From: Dehalococcoidia bacterium
Lineage (GTDB): Bacteria > Chloroflexota > Dehalococcoidia > DSTF01 > WHTK01
Direction: 5' to 3'
Assembly (NCBI GenBank): GCA_035714925.1
Contig: DASTLN010000126.1
Span: 5,106-69,105 of the forward strand
Length of the DNA stretch: 64,000 bases
The stretch's first letter is position 1. Every line of letters starts with the position of its first letter. The position numbers and the translations under genes are program-made. A model generated the notes under the pieces. The model searched no databases. It had not been told where the DNA came from and saw nothing but the letters and a program-made list of their open reading frames with translations. Below are positions 39,583-49,194 of this stretch, piece by piece.

Positions 39583-40824
39583 CTACTTCGCCCAGAGTCG
39601 CTTCGAGGCGAGCTGCGCCCCTTGGACCATCGCCCTTAACTTCTCCCACATCGGCTCAGAGTGGACACGGGGCAGAAAGCCGGCGAAGGTACCGAAGCCG
39701 CAGTCTGGCGCCGCGATGACGTTTTCGCGGCCCACGATGTTGGCGTAGCGGATGATGCGCTGGGCGACCAGCTCCGGGGGCTCTATGAACAGGCTGACCG
39801 AGTCGATGACGCCAGGGATGAGGATCTTCCCGTCCGGGAGCTTGACGTCCTCCCAGACCTCATACTCGTGCTCATGGCGCGGATTGGCTGCCTCAATCGT
39901 GTAGGCCTGCGCTTTGACCTGGAGAACGATGTCGACGATGTCCTTGAGGGGCACGTCCCGATGGTGCGTCCCGTAAGTGTTGCCCCAGCAGATGTGAAAG
40001 CGGATGCGATCCTCAGGGATGTTTTGAAGAGCGTGGTTAAGCGCCTCGACACGAAGGGCCAGGTGCTTCCTGTAGTCCTCGAAAGGAATCTGCCACAGCT
40101 GGCGGTTGCGCATCATCGGCACGTCCGGGGCGTCCAGCTGGAGCAGGAAGCCGGCGTTGACGATGGCCTCGTACTCCAGCTTCATCGCGTCGGCCAGCGC
40201 ATAGAGATACTCGCTATCGGACTTGTAGTGGGCGCTGCGGATCATGAAGATGACCTGCCCCACGGCCACGGATGGCATGAACGCCTCTTCGTACTGCAGT
40301 CCCGTCAGCGCCTCCTTGAGGTTGGCGAGGTCCGTCTCCAGTTCCCCGCGCTCGTCTTTCCAGCCGATGGGGCCGATGTTGCGCGGCAGCGTGCCGATCT
40401 GCGCCGCGACCGGTGAGCGGCCGGGGGGCGGCGCAGCAGTCGCGGCGGTGGCTGAGCCGCTGCCCAGGCCGACGCCGCCGATGGGTCCGGCGCGCCCATA
40501 GCGACGCGAGATTTCGGCAAACTCGGGAAAGTCGTCAGGCGGACCGGGCCAGGGTTCCGATTCGACCGCCTCGAATCCGGAGAGGCGGTCCTTCATGTAG
40601 TTCGTGAAGCTGCCCTTGCTAATCTCGCCGTCCGCGACGATGTCGATGCCGACCTCGACCTGCTTCTTGACGACGGCCGCGACCTCTTCTTTCACACGCC
40701 GCGCCAGCAGGTCTTTATCGTACGGCTCGCCGGCGTCCTTGGCCAGGAGCATCTCGCGAATGTCGGGCGGCCGTGGCAGGCTGCCCACGTGAGTGGTAAG
40801 GATTCGATCGGTGCTCCGCTTCAT
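39583..40824 (-). CDS. MetE-like Zn-dependent methyltransferase family protein (paralog of 32936..34138)
   Basis: 413 aa. Conserved N-terminus (RILTTHVGSLPRPPD), Zn ligands H-x-C (FHICWG), E, C (PDCGF). Confidence 0.8.
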   Translation of the reverse strand: MKRSTDRILTTHVGSLPRPPDIREMLLAKDAGEPYDKDLLARRVKEEVAAVVKKQVEVGIDIVADGEISKGSFTNYMKDRLSGFEAVESEPWPGPPDDFPEFAEISRRYGRAGPIGGVGLGSGSATAATAAPPPGRSPVAAQIGTLPRNIGPIGWKDERGELETDLANLKEALTGLQYEEAFMPSVAVGQVIFMIRSAHYKSDSEYLYALADAMKLEYEAIVNAGFLLQLDAPDVPMMRNRQLWQIPFEDYRKHLALRVEALNHALQNIPEDRIRFHICWGNTYGTHHRDVPLKDIVDIVLQVKAQAYTIEAANPRHEHEYEVWEDVKLPDGKILIPGVIDSVSLFIEPPELVAQRIIRYANIVGRENVIAAPDCGFGTFAGFLPRVHSEPMWEKLRAMVQGAQLASKRLWAK

Positions 40825-40830
40825 TTCGAG

Positions 40831-42390
40831 TTACGCCTCTTTGCTTGTTTCAAGGTCCGCCGGTGCGCCCGTTCCCGGGCTGGAGCCCTGCCGGCCGTTC
40901 GCCGCTGGCGGTTGACCCGGCCCGGGCGGCGCCATGTTCCGCAAATACTCCACGTCGACGGCCGGCATCTCGACGTCGAGCGTGGCGAGCACTCGGCGGG
41001 TCAGTTCGTTACCTCGATCGAACCAGCGCTGCATCCTGCTGCGCCAGAGGGCGAGGCCGCCGCTGGCGTGCATCTCAAAGGCGGACTCGCGGCCGTCGAG
41101 GCCGGACGAGACGTGGTCCCAGACGAGGTTGAGCAGCGCGGCCCGCTGCTGCGCCGTGTAGCCCCCGCCGCCAAAGGACTTCTCCAGGTACGCGGCCATC
41201 TCCGTGTCCTCGAAGTCAGCGTCTGTCGGCGTGATGACGAGAGAGGACCCCGGCAGGTCGCGCAAGATCTCAGCCATACGCTGACGGACGCTCAGTGTGT
41301 AGACGGTGGACGAGACCAGGTGTAGCGGGTTGGGATAGAGATAACCCGCCGTAGACGTCTGTGGTTCCAGGGTCGCGGCCGTGAGGCAGCTTCGCATCGT
41401 CTGGGCGTGGATCATCAGGTCGACCAGCCGCGCCACGATTGCCGGGCTCTCCCGCTGCCCCATGGCGTCAGCCACGGCCAGTGCAAGGCCCAGCGTGAAG
41501 TCGGCGCGAGCCAGGTAAGAGTGCTGGTGGTGCCACACCAGCCAGCAGAAGATGCGGTCACGCTGCTGCGTCTCTTCAGGCGGTGGCGGCTCGAAGCGGT
41601 AGGCGAAGACCTTCTCCCAGGGCACGAGTACGTCTTCCAGCCAGAGGTGCGCGTCGAGCTCGTCGTAGCGGCTGGACAGCGGCGACATGAACGGCGTTTG
41701 GTAGCGCGCGGCGGGGCGGCGCGCTACAACGCGGGCTCCGGGGCTGTTGACTGCCACGGCGATCATCGCCCGCTGATTCACGTCGGGCCGCTGCAGCCCG
41801 ATGTAAACGTCGTGCGCGAAGGGCGTGCTGGTGTGCATCCCGGTCCGGCCCGAGACGACGAGTCCGGCATCGGTCTCTTTGACGATGCGCAGCGCCGAGT
41901 GCTCGCTCGGGTCGCGAAAGCGGTCGCCCAGGACCGCGGCCCCGCCCGTGAGAGTGAGAAAGAAGCCGTCGCGCTCCAGCGAATCGCGGTAGGCCTTGGC
42001 AACCGCGGGACGTCCTCCGCCCGCATCGCCGATGATCTCTGCGGCGTCCAGGATTCCCAGCGCAATCAGCGCGCCGTATGCGGGCGTGTGTGTCGCGTTG
42101 CCGGCGCTGACGATGGCCTGCGCGTAGATCGAGCGGCTCAGGCGGACCAGGTCCTCGGCTGTGCGCGGGATCCGTAGGCCGAGCGGCCGCCGGACGCCGT
42201 CCTCGTCGGGGTCGCAAAGGAGGTCATCGGCCCATTCGGGATCGGAGTGACGGTCGTACCAGAGGGCGTACTCGTCCACCAGCCCCTTGGTGGCCGGGTG
42301 CGCGGTGAGGTCCGGGACGTCTCCTTCGCCGAGGACCCAGACCTTGCGCCCGTCCCGCAGGCTGCTCTTGTACTCCGTCCCGGTCAGCAC
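40831..42390 (-). CDS. 4-hydroxyphenylacetate 3-monooxygenase (HpaB) family oxygenase component
   Basis: 519 aa. HpaB-type N-terminus (LTGTEYKSSLRDGRKVWVLGE) and family length. Confidence 0.8.
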   Translation of the reverse strand: MLTGTEYKSSLRDGRKVWVLGEGDVPDLTAHPATKGLVDEYALWYDRHSDPEWADDLLCDPDEDGVRRPLGLRIPRTAEDLVRLSRSIYAQAIVSAGNATHTPAYGALIALGILDAAEIIGDAGGGRPAVAKAYRDSLERDGFFLTLTGGAAVLGDRFRDPSEHSALRIVKETDAGLVVSGRTGMHTSTPFAHDVYIGLQRPDVNQRAMIAVAVNSPGARVVARRPAARYQTPFMSPLSSRYDELDAHLWLEDVLVPWEKVFAYRFEPPPPEETQQRDRIFCWLVWHHQHSYLARADFTLGLALAVADAMGQRESPAIVARLVDLMIHAQTMRSCLTAATLEPQTSTAGYLYPNPLHLVSSTVYTLSVRQRMAEILRDLPGSSLVITPTDADFEDTEMAAYLEKSFGGGGYTAQQRAALLNLVWDHVSSGLDGRESAFEMHASGGLALWRSRMQRWFDRGNELTRRVLATLDVEMPAVDVEYLRNMAPPGPGQPPAANGRQGSSPGTGAPADLETSKEA

Positions 42391-42403
42391 GATGCGCTCC
42401 TCA

Positions 42404-42853
42404 CTAACTCTTGCTCACTTCCGCCTGGGATGACTCAATCATCGACCTCACGAGCGGCCCGGCAGTGCCCTCGTTCAGCATCCAACTGCACAGCGTGTGG
42501 GTGCGCCAACCGGCCGCCTCGAAGGGCTCGCTGGCCGCTATGGCCTCGGCAGCCTCGCGAGACGGCGCCACGATGAAGTACATGCCGCTGGCATCGATCA
42601 GCCTCTCGCCGGCCGGGGTGCTGTCGCGGTACTTCACCAGCGTCGAGGCGCGGCCGAAGTCGTCGAGCGGGCCGGCGGCCAGGAGGATGCCCTTGTCCTC
42701 CATCTCGAGCTGGAACTGCAGATGGCGGCGCATGATCTCGCGGCCTTCCTCGGACTCGGTGTCGTACTTCTCGGTCGGCCGCATAAAGATGGCATAGAGC
42801 TGCAACCGCGCCATGCGGGACATGATCTCGTCCATCGACATCTCGCGTGTCAT
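42404..42853 (-). CDS. YciI-like (Dabb) domain protein
   Basis: 149 aa. YCII-related fold signature. Confidence 0.55.
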   Translation of the reverse strand: MTREMSMDEIMSRMARLQLYAIFMRPTEKYDTESEEGREIMRRHLQFQLEMEDKGILLAAGPLDDFGRASTLVKYRDSTPAGERLIDASGMYFIVAPSREAAEAIAASEPFEAAGWRTHTLCSWMLNEGTAGPLVRSMIESSQAEVSKS

Positions 42854-42871
42854 CGCCTTTTCCTCCCGGCC

Positions 42872-43858
42872 TTAGGCCTGCATTTTCAGTAGCCGGCGGG
42901 CGTTGCCGTTGAGCATCTTTCCCTTGTCTTCTTCCGACAGCGGCACTGTCTCCATCCATCGCATGCCGGGCAGGTTCTCCACGAAGGGCCAGTCGACGGA
43001 GAACAGGACCCGGTCGATTCCCATCTGGAGGATGGTGCAGAGCAGCGCGGGTGTGGAGAAGAAGCCGCTGGTCGTGACGTAGAAGTGGTCGCAGAACGTC
43101 TTCTTGAACTCCATGGGCTTGCTGCCCTCGCGTTTGAACGCCTCGTCCATGCGGTCGAGCATGAAAGGCAGACCTTCGCCGAGGTGGCCGAGGATGATCT
43201 TCAGGTCAGGGAAGCGGTTGAATAGCCCGCTGAGCACCATGCGCATTGCCTGGTTCGCCGTGTCGATCGTGTAGCCCCAGGCTGCCGAGGTGAGCCACGG
43301 GAAGTCGGGGATGAAGTCTCCGTAGTATGCCTCCACGACGGCGGGATGGGGCGGGCCGGGATGGAGGTAAATCGGCACGTCCAGCGCCTGAGCGCGCTCG
43401 AAGATGGGATAGAACCGCTCATCGTCGTGGAACGCGCCCTGGCTGCGTCCGTGGATCATGGCGCCTTTGAAGCCGAGCTTCCTGACGCAGCGTTCCAGCT
43501 CTTCGGCAGCGGCCCCGGGGTGCGGCGTCGGCAGCGCCGCGAAGCCCGCGAAGCGCTCGGGATGCCTGGCGACGGCCTCGGCCAGCCGGTCGTTGGCGCC
43601 GATGGCCATCTCCACGGCCTTGTCCGGCTCCAGCTGTTGCACCGGTGACGGCGTATGCGACAGCACCTGCACGTCTATGCCCGCCGCATCCATGTCACGC
43701 AGCCGTACCTCGCCGAGATCCGGCAGGCGTTGGAAGATACCCGACGTAGGCGATCTGGCCTGGCCGCCGCCGTCTGGCCGTGGCGCACCGGCCTGCAGGA
43801 GCGGGTCGGCATAATGCTCTTCCAGGGCGATAACGAAGGGCTTGGTCGATTGAGTCAC
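42872..43858 (-). CDS. amidohydrolase-2 family protein (third paralog)
   Basis: 328 aa. ALEEHYADP N-terminus, amidohydrolase-2 blocks. Confidence 0.8.
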   Translation of the reverse strand: MTQSTKPFVIALEEHYADPLLQAGAPRPDGGGQARSPTSGIFQRLPDLGEVRLRDMDAAGIDVQVLSHTPSPVQQLEPDKAVEMAIGANDRLAEAVARHPERFAGFAALPTPHPGAAAEELERCVRKLGFKGAMIHGRSQGAFHDDERFYPIFERAQALDVPIYLHPGPPHPAVVEAYYGDFIPDFPWLTSAAWGYTIDTANQAMRMVLSGLFNRFPDLKIILGHLGEGLPFMLDRMDEAFKREGSKPMEFKKTFCDHFYVTTSGFFSTPALLCTILQMGIDRVLFSVDWPFVENLPGMRWMETVPLSEEDKGKMLNGNARRLLKMQA

Positions 43859-43954
43859 GCTGGACCTCGAGAGCTAAGTGCGACCGCGCAGTCGACTCAG
43901 GATGCTTCGCTTCATGACTCAACCCTTCATGATTCGGGGCGGGCGTAGCTATGG

Positions 43955-44908
43955 TTAGACCGGCGGCGCCACCCAAAGGCCCGTGTCGGGCTGACGCATC
44001 CGGGTCGAGGGCAGGTCTCCGGCCTGTGCCTGCCTGGCGGGTGGGTCCATCTGCGTGCCCGCAGGCCGGCCGGGCATCTGGGCCGTGCCCCACATGTCGG
44101 TCGGTGGATGCTCGCGCGGCGTCCAGGCGCTTTCGTCCGTGATCTGCTCAACTTCCGAGGTGTACTCGGAGACGTTGCCCTGGGGATCGAAGAAGTAATA
44201 GAAGGTGTTGTCGCCGGCCGAGTGCCTGCCGGGGCCCATCAGGATGCGCGCGCGCCCATCCTTCATCACACGCCCGGACCCGCGCATCATGTCGTCAATG
44301 CTGCCCACTTCGAACGCGACGTGGTTCAGCGTCGCGACTTCTCCGTCGGCGATTGCAAGGCTGTGGTGATTGGCGTTGCAGCGGTAGAAGCCCATGAAAG
44401 GGATCCAGTCCGAGAGCTTGAAACCCAGGCGTTCCGCGTAGAACGCCTCGACCTCCTTGCGGTTGGGTGAGTTCAGCACGACGTGGTTGAGGGTAACCGG
44501 TATTCCCTCGCGGGGTTCGACCTCTCGGAAAGACCTTTGCTCCACCCCAGCCGACACTTCTACGACGCGGCCGTCGGGGTCGAAGAAACGGAAGCCATAG
44601 CCGCCGCCCGGCGTTTGCAGCTGGCCGGGCTCGGACACGAAGCGAACTCCGGCTGCCGCGAGGTCGGCGGCGAGCTGGTCAATGTCTTCGGGGGAGTCGG
44701 CGCCCAACGCGATCAGGTCGAGGCGCTTCTCGTCCGCCTTCCGGATTCGGTAGACGTATTGCTCGGGAGAACCTTCCGCGGCGAGGAAAGCGATGTCCTT
44801 CTCGCCGTCCGTCCGCTTCAACCCCCAGACACCGCCATAGAAGTCAACCTGCTGTTCGAAGTCTGGTACGGCCACGTCTACGTGCCTGAGACTGCTTACT
44901 TTCGCCAT
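43955..44908 (-). CDS. extradiol ring-cleavage dioxygenase (two-domain VOC, catechol 2,3-dioxygenase-like)
   Basis: 317 aa with tandem VOC domains (HVDVAVPDF..., LNHVVLNSPN..., LNHVAFEV). Confidence 0.8.
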   Translation of the reverse strand: MAKVSSLRHVDVAVPDFEQQVDFYGGVWGLKRTDGEKDIAFLAAEGSPEQYVYRIRKADEKRLDLIALGADSPEDIDQLAADLAAAGVRFVSEPGQLQTPGGGYGFRFFDPDGRVVEVSAGVEQRSFREVEPREGIPVTLNHVVLNSPNRKEVEAFYAERLGFKLSDWIPFMGFYRCNANHHSLAIADGEVATLNHVAFEVGSIDDMMRGSGRVMKDGRARILMGPGRHSAGDNTFYYFFDPQGNVSEYTSEVEQITDESAWTPREHPPTDMWGTAQMPGRPAGTQMDPPARQAQAGDLPSTRMRQPDTGLWVAPPV

Positions 44909-44931
44909 GAGTATCCTCCGTCTAATGAGTG

Positions 44932-46092
44932 CTAATGAAACGGGTCGAGGGGCGGCAGGCCCAGGGCCGCTCGTCCGTACCCCTCCGCGATGGAATCCCA
45001 GTAGAGTGCCATCTGATGCGAGCCGGCGTGGATGTCACGGTGGAACCGCTGCAAGGCCTGCGACTCGTAGAGAGCATGGCCGCCGCTGGCCTCGAATAGC
45101 CGGTTCGCGGCCTGCAGGCAGAGCTTTGCCACATAGCCATAGTCGCGGCGAATCCTTGCCTGCTCGAGTTCGTTCGGCAGTTCACCACGCGAAGCCTGTT
45201 CCAGCACCTCTCGCGGCGTGGTCTTGACAATGCGCCTGGCGGCGTCGATTTCGGCCGAAGACTCAGCGATTCGCAATTGGATCGCAATTGAGTCGGCCGT
45301 GCGACCCGGACCGGTCTTGCCCTGAAGCTTCTCGATGAAAGCATCGAGCATGCCCTGGGCCATGCCTACCAGCGGGGAGCACAGCGTGAAGGGCAGCAGG
45401 CTCATCGTCGGCAACCGGTAGCTCGGCCGACCGTGGAGCTCGAACCCTGGGCTGTCGTAACCGGGGAGCATGAGTGCTGCGACGCGGTGAGCCGGGACAA
45501 ACGCGTCCTTGATTTCGATGTCCTTGCTCCCCGTCCCGCGCAGGCCGGAGACGAACCACGTGTCCAGGATCTCGTAGTCTGAGCGCGGCACGAGGGCCAT
45601 GCACGGGCCAGCCGGCCCCATCGCCCCGAGCATGGCCCAGCTGGCGCCATCGCTACCGCTGGAGAAATCCCAGTGCCCGTTAAGGCGGAAGCCGCCCTCC
45701 ACGGGTTCGATTCTTCCCTGAATCGCAAAGGCGCTGGAGCCGAGCACGTCCGGCCCGGCCGCGAAGTACTCTTCCTGGGCCTCCAGCGGCCAGTGGCCGA
45801 TCATCCAGTCGTGACTGGACCACACGGAGAAGCACCAGGCCGTGGAGCCGCAAGCGCGGCCGATCTCCATGTCGAGCTCGAAGTAGAGGTCCATGTCGGC
45901 GCCGTCATAGCCCCCGAAACGGCGCGGGTTGCCGACTCGAAGCAATCCGGCGGACCTGAGGTCGTCGATGGTCGCCTGCGGTATCTGGCGCAGCTTCTCA
46001 GCCTCTGACGCGCGTTCCTTGAGGACAGGCAGGAGGTCGGCGGCTCGATTCAGCAGGTCCTCCCTGCTGACGGTCTCGGCTTCGATGGCCAT
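44932..46092 (-). CDS. acyl-CoA dehydrogenase-type flavin-dependent monooxygenase oxygenase component (HsaA/C2-like; paralog of 31741..32877)
   Basis: 386 aa, ACAD domains. Divergent from the LysR gene. Confidence 0.8.
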   Translation of the reverse strand: MAIEAETVSREDLLNRAADLLPVLKERASEAEKLRQIPQATIDDLRSAGLLRVGNPRRFGGYDGADMDLYFELDMEIGRACGSTAWCFSVWSSHDWMIGHWPLEAQEEYFAAGPDVLGSSAFAIQGRIEPVEGGFRLNGHWDFSSGSDGASWAMLGAMGPAGPCMALVPRSDYEILDTWFVSGLRGTGSKDIEIKDAFVPAHRVAALMLPGYDSPGFELHGRPSYRLPTMSLLPFTLCSPLVGMAQGMLDAFIEKLQGKTGPGRTADSIAIQLRIAESSAEIDAARRIVKTTPREVLEQASRGELPNELEQARIRRDYGYVAKLCLQAANRLFEASGGHALYESQALQRFHRDIHAGSHQMALYWDSIAEGYGRAALGLPPLDPFH

Positions 46093-46164
46093 GGGGGCCC
46101 TCCAAATTCAACTTGCTCCCTGCGGCTAGGGTTGGAGTATATTGGCGCAATGAGCATCTACAAA

Positions 46165-46179
46165 ATCGATATTTGCGAT
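46165..46179 (+). promoter_or_regulatory. LysR-type T-N11-A box (ATCGATATTTGCGAT) in the divergent promoter
   Basis: ATC-N9-GAT interrupted dyad about 35-50 bp upstream of the LysR start, between divergent operons. Confidence 0.4.
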
Positions 46180-46211
46180 GCTTACCATGCACCTGCTTCA
46201 TGGAGGCCTGG

Positions 46212-47126
46212 ATGAACCTCGCTTCGGTCGATCTGAATCTACTGGTGGCTCTGGACGCGATTCTGGATGAGCGTCATGTGACGCGGGCGGGAGAACGGCT
46301 TGGTCTCACTCAGCCGACGATGAGCCATACCTTGGGGCGTCTGCGCCGGCTCTTTGACGATCAGCTCCTTATCAGGATCGGCCGAGGGTACGAGTTGACG
46401 CCACTAGCCAGGGATTTGAGACAGCCGGTACGTGACATCCTCAAGCAAATTGAACAGACCATAGAGTATCGTCCGAGCTTCGACCCGGCTGTCGACGAGC
46501 ACGTCTTCACCATCACGGCTTCGGATTACGCCACCTACGTGGTATTTCAGCCCGCTCTGCGGCGAATGCAGGAGGTAGCTCCGGGCGTGCGGCTGGAGAT
46601 TCACCCGTTGTGGACGGGGTGGATTCCGGCAGTCGAAGCTGGTGACGTCGACCTTGCCATTGTGCCGTCTGCGATCGGGCCAGACCTGCCCTCAGAGGAG
46701 CTCTTCGCGGACAAGTGGGTCGCCGTTGCCTGGTCTGGCAATGAGGAACTGGACGGGACGCTTTCTATGGAGCAGTATCTTAGCTTCCCGCACCTCGCTT
46801 ACGGCTCCAGCCTCCAAGGTCTGGAAGGTGTCGGAATCCTGGACCGCGCGATCCTTGCGACGCATCCCGAAGCCCGAGTAGCGGTGCTCATGCAGAGTTT
46901 CTTCATGCTGCCTTTCATGTTGCCCGGGACTCGCTACATCGCAGTCGTGCACGAAAGGATGGCCCTGCAGGTCGCGCGCCAGGGCGACTTCAAGATCCTC
47001 CAGCTGGAATTCCCCACAGCCCGGATTACGGAGGCAATGTTCTGGCACCCCCGACTGACTTCGGATACTGCTCATCGCTGGCTTCGGACGTTCCTGCGGG
47101 AATCTACGGGAACCATAGACTGTTGA
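46212..47126 (+). CDS. LysR family transcriptional regulator
   Basis: ATG at 46212 after GGAGG. LysR HTH (LNLLVALDAILDERHVTRAGERLGLTQPTMSHTLGRLR). Confidence 0.85.
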   Translation: MNLASVDLNLLVALDAILDERHVTRAGERLGLTQPTMSHTLGRLRRLFDDQLLIRIGRGYELTPLARDLRQPVRDILKQIEQTIEYRPSFDPAVDEHVFTITASDYATYVVFQPALRRMQEVAPGVRLEIHPLWTGWIPAVEAGDVDLAIVPSAIGPDLPSEELFADKWVAVAWSGNEELDGTLSMEQYLSFPHLAYGSSLQGLEGVGILDRAILATHPEARVAVLMQSFFMLPFMLPGTRYIAVVHERMALQVARQGDFKILQLEFPTARITEAMFWHPRLTSDTAHRWLRTFLRESTGTIDC

Positions 47127-47224
47127 TCATGCACGCAATCGATGTTAGGCATCCTTATAATCGATTTTTCAAATCATAGGAAGCTCCATATACTGCCGCT
47201 CATCGCGAGTTAATCGCAGGAGGA

Positions 47225-49114
47225 GTGGCAATGGACAGCTACTGGAACAAGGTCCTAATGAGGCGCATCTCCCGCCGGAGGGCGATGGTTGCCGGCGGCG
47301 GCTTCACCGCAGCCGCAGCGTTTCTCGCTGCTTGTGGCGGGGACGATGACGAACAAAGTGGTGGAACTAGCGGCTCGTCCTCATCGGGAGGAGGAGCAAC
47401 AGGCGGCAGCACTCCGGCGGCGAGCGGAGGAGGCAGTTCGGGTTCCGCCAGCAGCGGTCTGCTAACGGAGCCGATCAACGAGACCAGCAGCGCAAAGAAG
47501 GGCGGAGTTCTAAAGTCTCGAAACAGCTTCGAGCCTTCCACTCTTGACCCGCAGCAGTTTCCCAACAACTTCCATTCCAACGCCACCTATAGCAATCTCT
47601 TCCGCATTGAGGACGGAGTCCTTTCGTATAGCACCGGAAACGTCATCGGTGACCTGGTCGAGTCCTGGGAGCTGTCTGGGGACAAACTGACAATCACAGC
47701 GAAGCTGAACCCAGATGCCCACTTCGCGCCAACCGCGCCTGTCAACGGAAGGGCCGTCGATGCCAACGACGTCGTAGCCAGCTGGCAACGGCACTCCGAG
47801 TCGAGCAATCAGCGATTCGATTTCGCGAATTCTGCAAACCCGGCGGCTCCCATCAAGTCGATCGAGGCCTCGGACGAACGCACCATCATCATTTCTCTCG
47901 CGGCGCCGAACGCAGTGGTGACCGCGCGCCTCGCTCGCGCCACCCCGGGCTCGATGTACGTCGTGCCGAAGGAAGCCTTAGACCCAGCAGTGCTGGACCT
48001 GAACCGAACATCCATCGGCAGCGGTCCGTACTACATGTCGGAATACGAGCCCTCGACTCGCATCGTCTTGACACGCAATCCGGGCTTCCACGACGAGGAC
48101 TTTCCCTTAATCGAGACAATTGAGTACCCGACCGTCCCCGAATACGCGGCCTTCCTGGCTCAGTACAAAGCAGGCAATATTTACGAGGGCGGAGGCCTTC
48201 TTGCGGAAGACTTACTGCCGGCGAAGAAGGACAACTCCGAGATGGAGTTGATGGCGACTTATTTCTCCACTCTCGTCCCGAGGATCGGCTTTGGCATGGC
48301 GGAGGGATCGCCTTTCGTCGACGATCGCCTGCGCCAGGCCTGGGTTCTCGGTATGGACCGTGAGCTCTTCCTCACAACCGTCTTCAACAAGGACCGGTTC
48401 GCCGATGCAGGGCTCGACGTGGTCCTGGCTTACGAGAGTGGCCTCCAGGCCAACACCTTTGCGGGCTGGTTGATTGATCCGCTCAGCGCAGAGTTTGGTG
48501 AGAACTCCAAGTTCTTCACGCAGGACGTGGCTGAAGCGAAAAAGCTAATCGTGGCTGCCGGCCATGAAGATGGTGTGCTCAAGGACTTTGACCTCACATA
48601 TGCTTCGGCTGGTGCCGGTGTGCCGGGCACTTACTCGGTGTACATCGACACGATCATTGCGCTCATGCAAGAGAGTGGCCTGTTCGAATGGAATCTGAAC
48701 ATCATCCAGAACTTCTTTGCCGAGTTCATCCCGGTTTATCACAATCAGGCACGCGGGACGTTCAGCGGCGTGAGTATTTCGCTCTCAAGCCTGGCGGAAG
48801 ATCCGGCGAACTATCTGTTCACCTATTACAATTCTTTCGGCACGCTCCGCATGGGCACTGACGAGACGCTGAGCGAGATGACCGCGAACGCCATCCAGGA
48901 GTTCGATGCCGAAGCCCGCAAGGAGATTTGTCACGAAATCCAGCGCTATGAAGGTGGCAAGAACTTCTACCCACGCCTCGGTGGTGGATCCGGCTTCAGT
49001 ATCGCCTGGCCTGCCGTGAGAAATCGGGAGGTGTATCAGGGCGGCTCAGGTCGCTCTGGCACACTCAATTCGTCCACGCTGTGGATCGATCCAGCGAAGG
49101 CACCGCTGGCTTAG
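47225..49114 (+). CDS. ABC transporter substrate-binding protein, family 5, Tat/lipoprotein signal (paralog of 34184..36001)
   Basis: 629 aa. RRRAMVAGGGFTAAAAFLAACGG lipobox. Conserved blocks shared with the other SBP. No permease or ATPase nearby. Confidence 0.85.
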   Translation: MAMDSYWNKVLMRRISRRRAMVAGGGFTAAAAFLAACGGDDDEQSGGTSGSSSSGGGATGGSTPAASGGGSSGSASSGLLTEPINETSSAKKGGVLKSRNSFEPSTLDPQQFPNNFHSNATYSNLFRIEDGVLSYSTGNVIGDLVESWELSGDKLTITAKLNPDAHFAPTAPVNGRAVDANDVVASWQRHSESSNQRFDFANSANPAAPIKSIEASDERTIIISLAAPNAVVTARLARATPGSMYVVPKEALDPAVLDLNRTSIGSGPYYMSEYEPSTRIVLTRNPGFHDEDFPLIETIEYPTVPEYAAFLAQYKAGNIYEGGGLLAEDLLPAKKDNSEMELMATYFSTLVPRIGFGMAEGSPFVDDRLRQAWVLGMDRELFLTTVFNKDRFADAGLDVVLAYESGLQANTFAGWLIDPLSAEFGENSKFFTQDVAEAKKLIVAAGHEDGVLKDFDLTYASAGAGVPGTYSVYIDTIIALMQESGLFEWNLNIIQNFFAEFIPVYHNQARGTFSGVSISLSSLAEDPANYLFTYYNSFGTLRMGTDETLSEMTANAIQEFDAEARKEICHEIQRYEGGKNFYPRLGGGSGFSIAWPAVRNREVYQGGSGRSGTLNSSTLWIDPAKAPLA

Positions 49115-49130
49115 GAGTAGCAAGAAGGCC

Positions 49131-49165
49131 TTGATAAGTGGGGTCGGCCCAGACCGGGCTGACCC
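49131..49165 (+). promoter_or_regulatory. intercistronic stem-loop after the SBP gene
   Basis: GTGGGGTC...GACCCCAC 8-bp stem with no U-tract, between the SBP stop and the FAH RBS. Analogous hairpin CGGGCT-N16-AGCCCG follows the other SBP gene at about 34140-34180. Confidence 0.35.
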
Positions 49166-49194
49166 CACTTCCTAACGAAGGGGAAGGATTGGAC

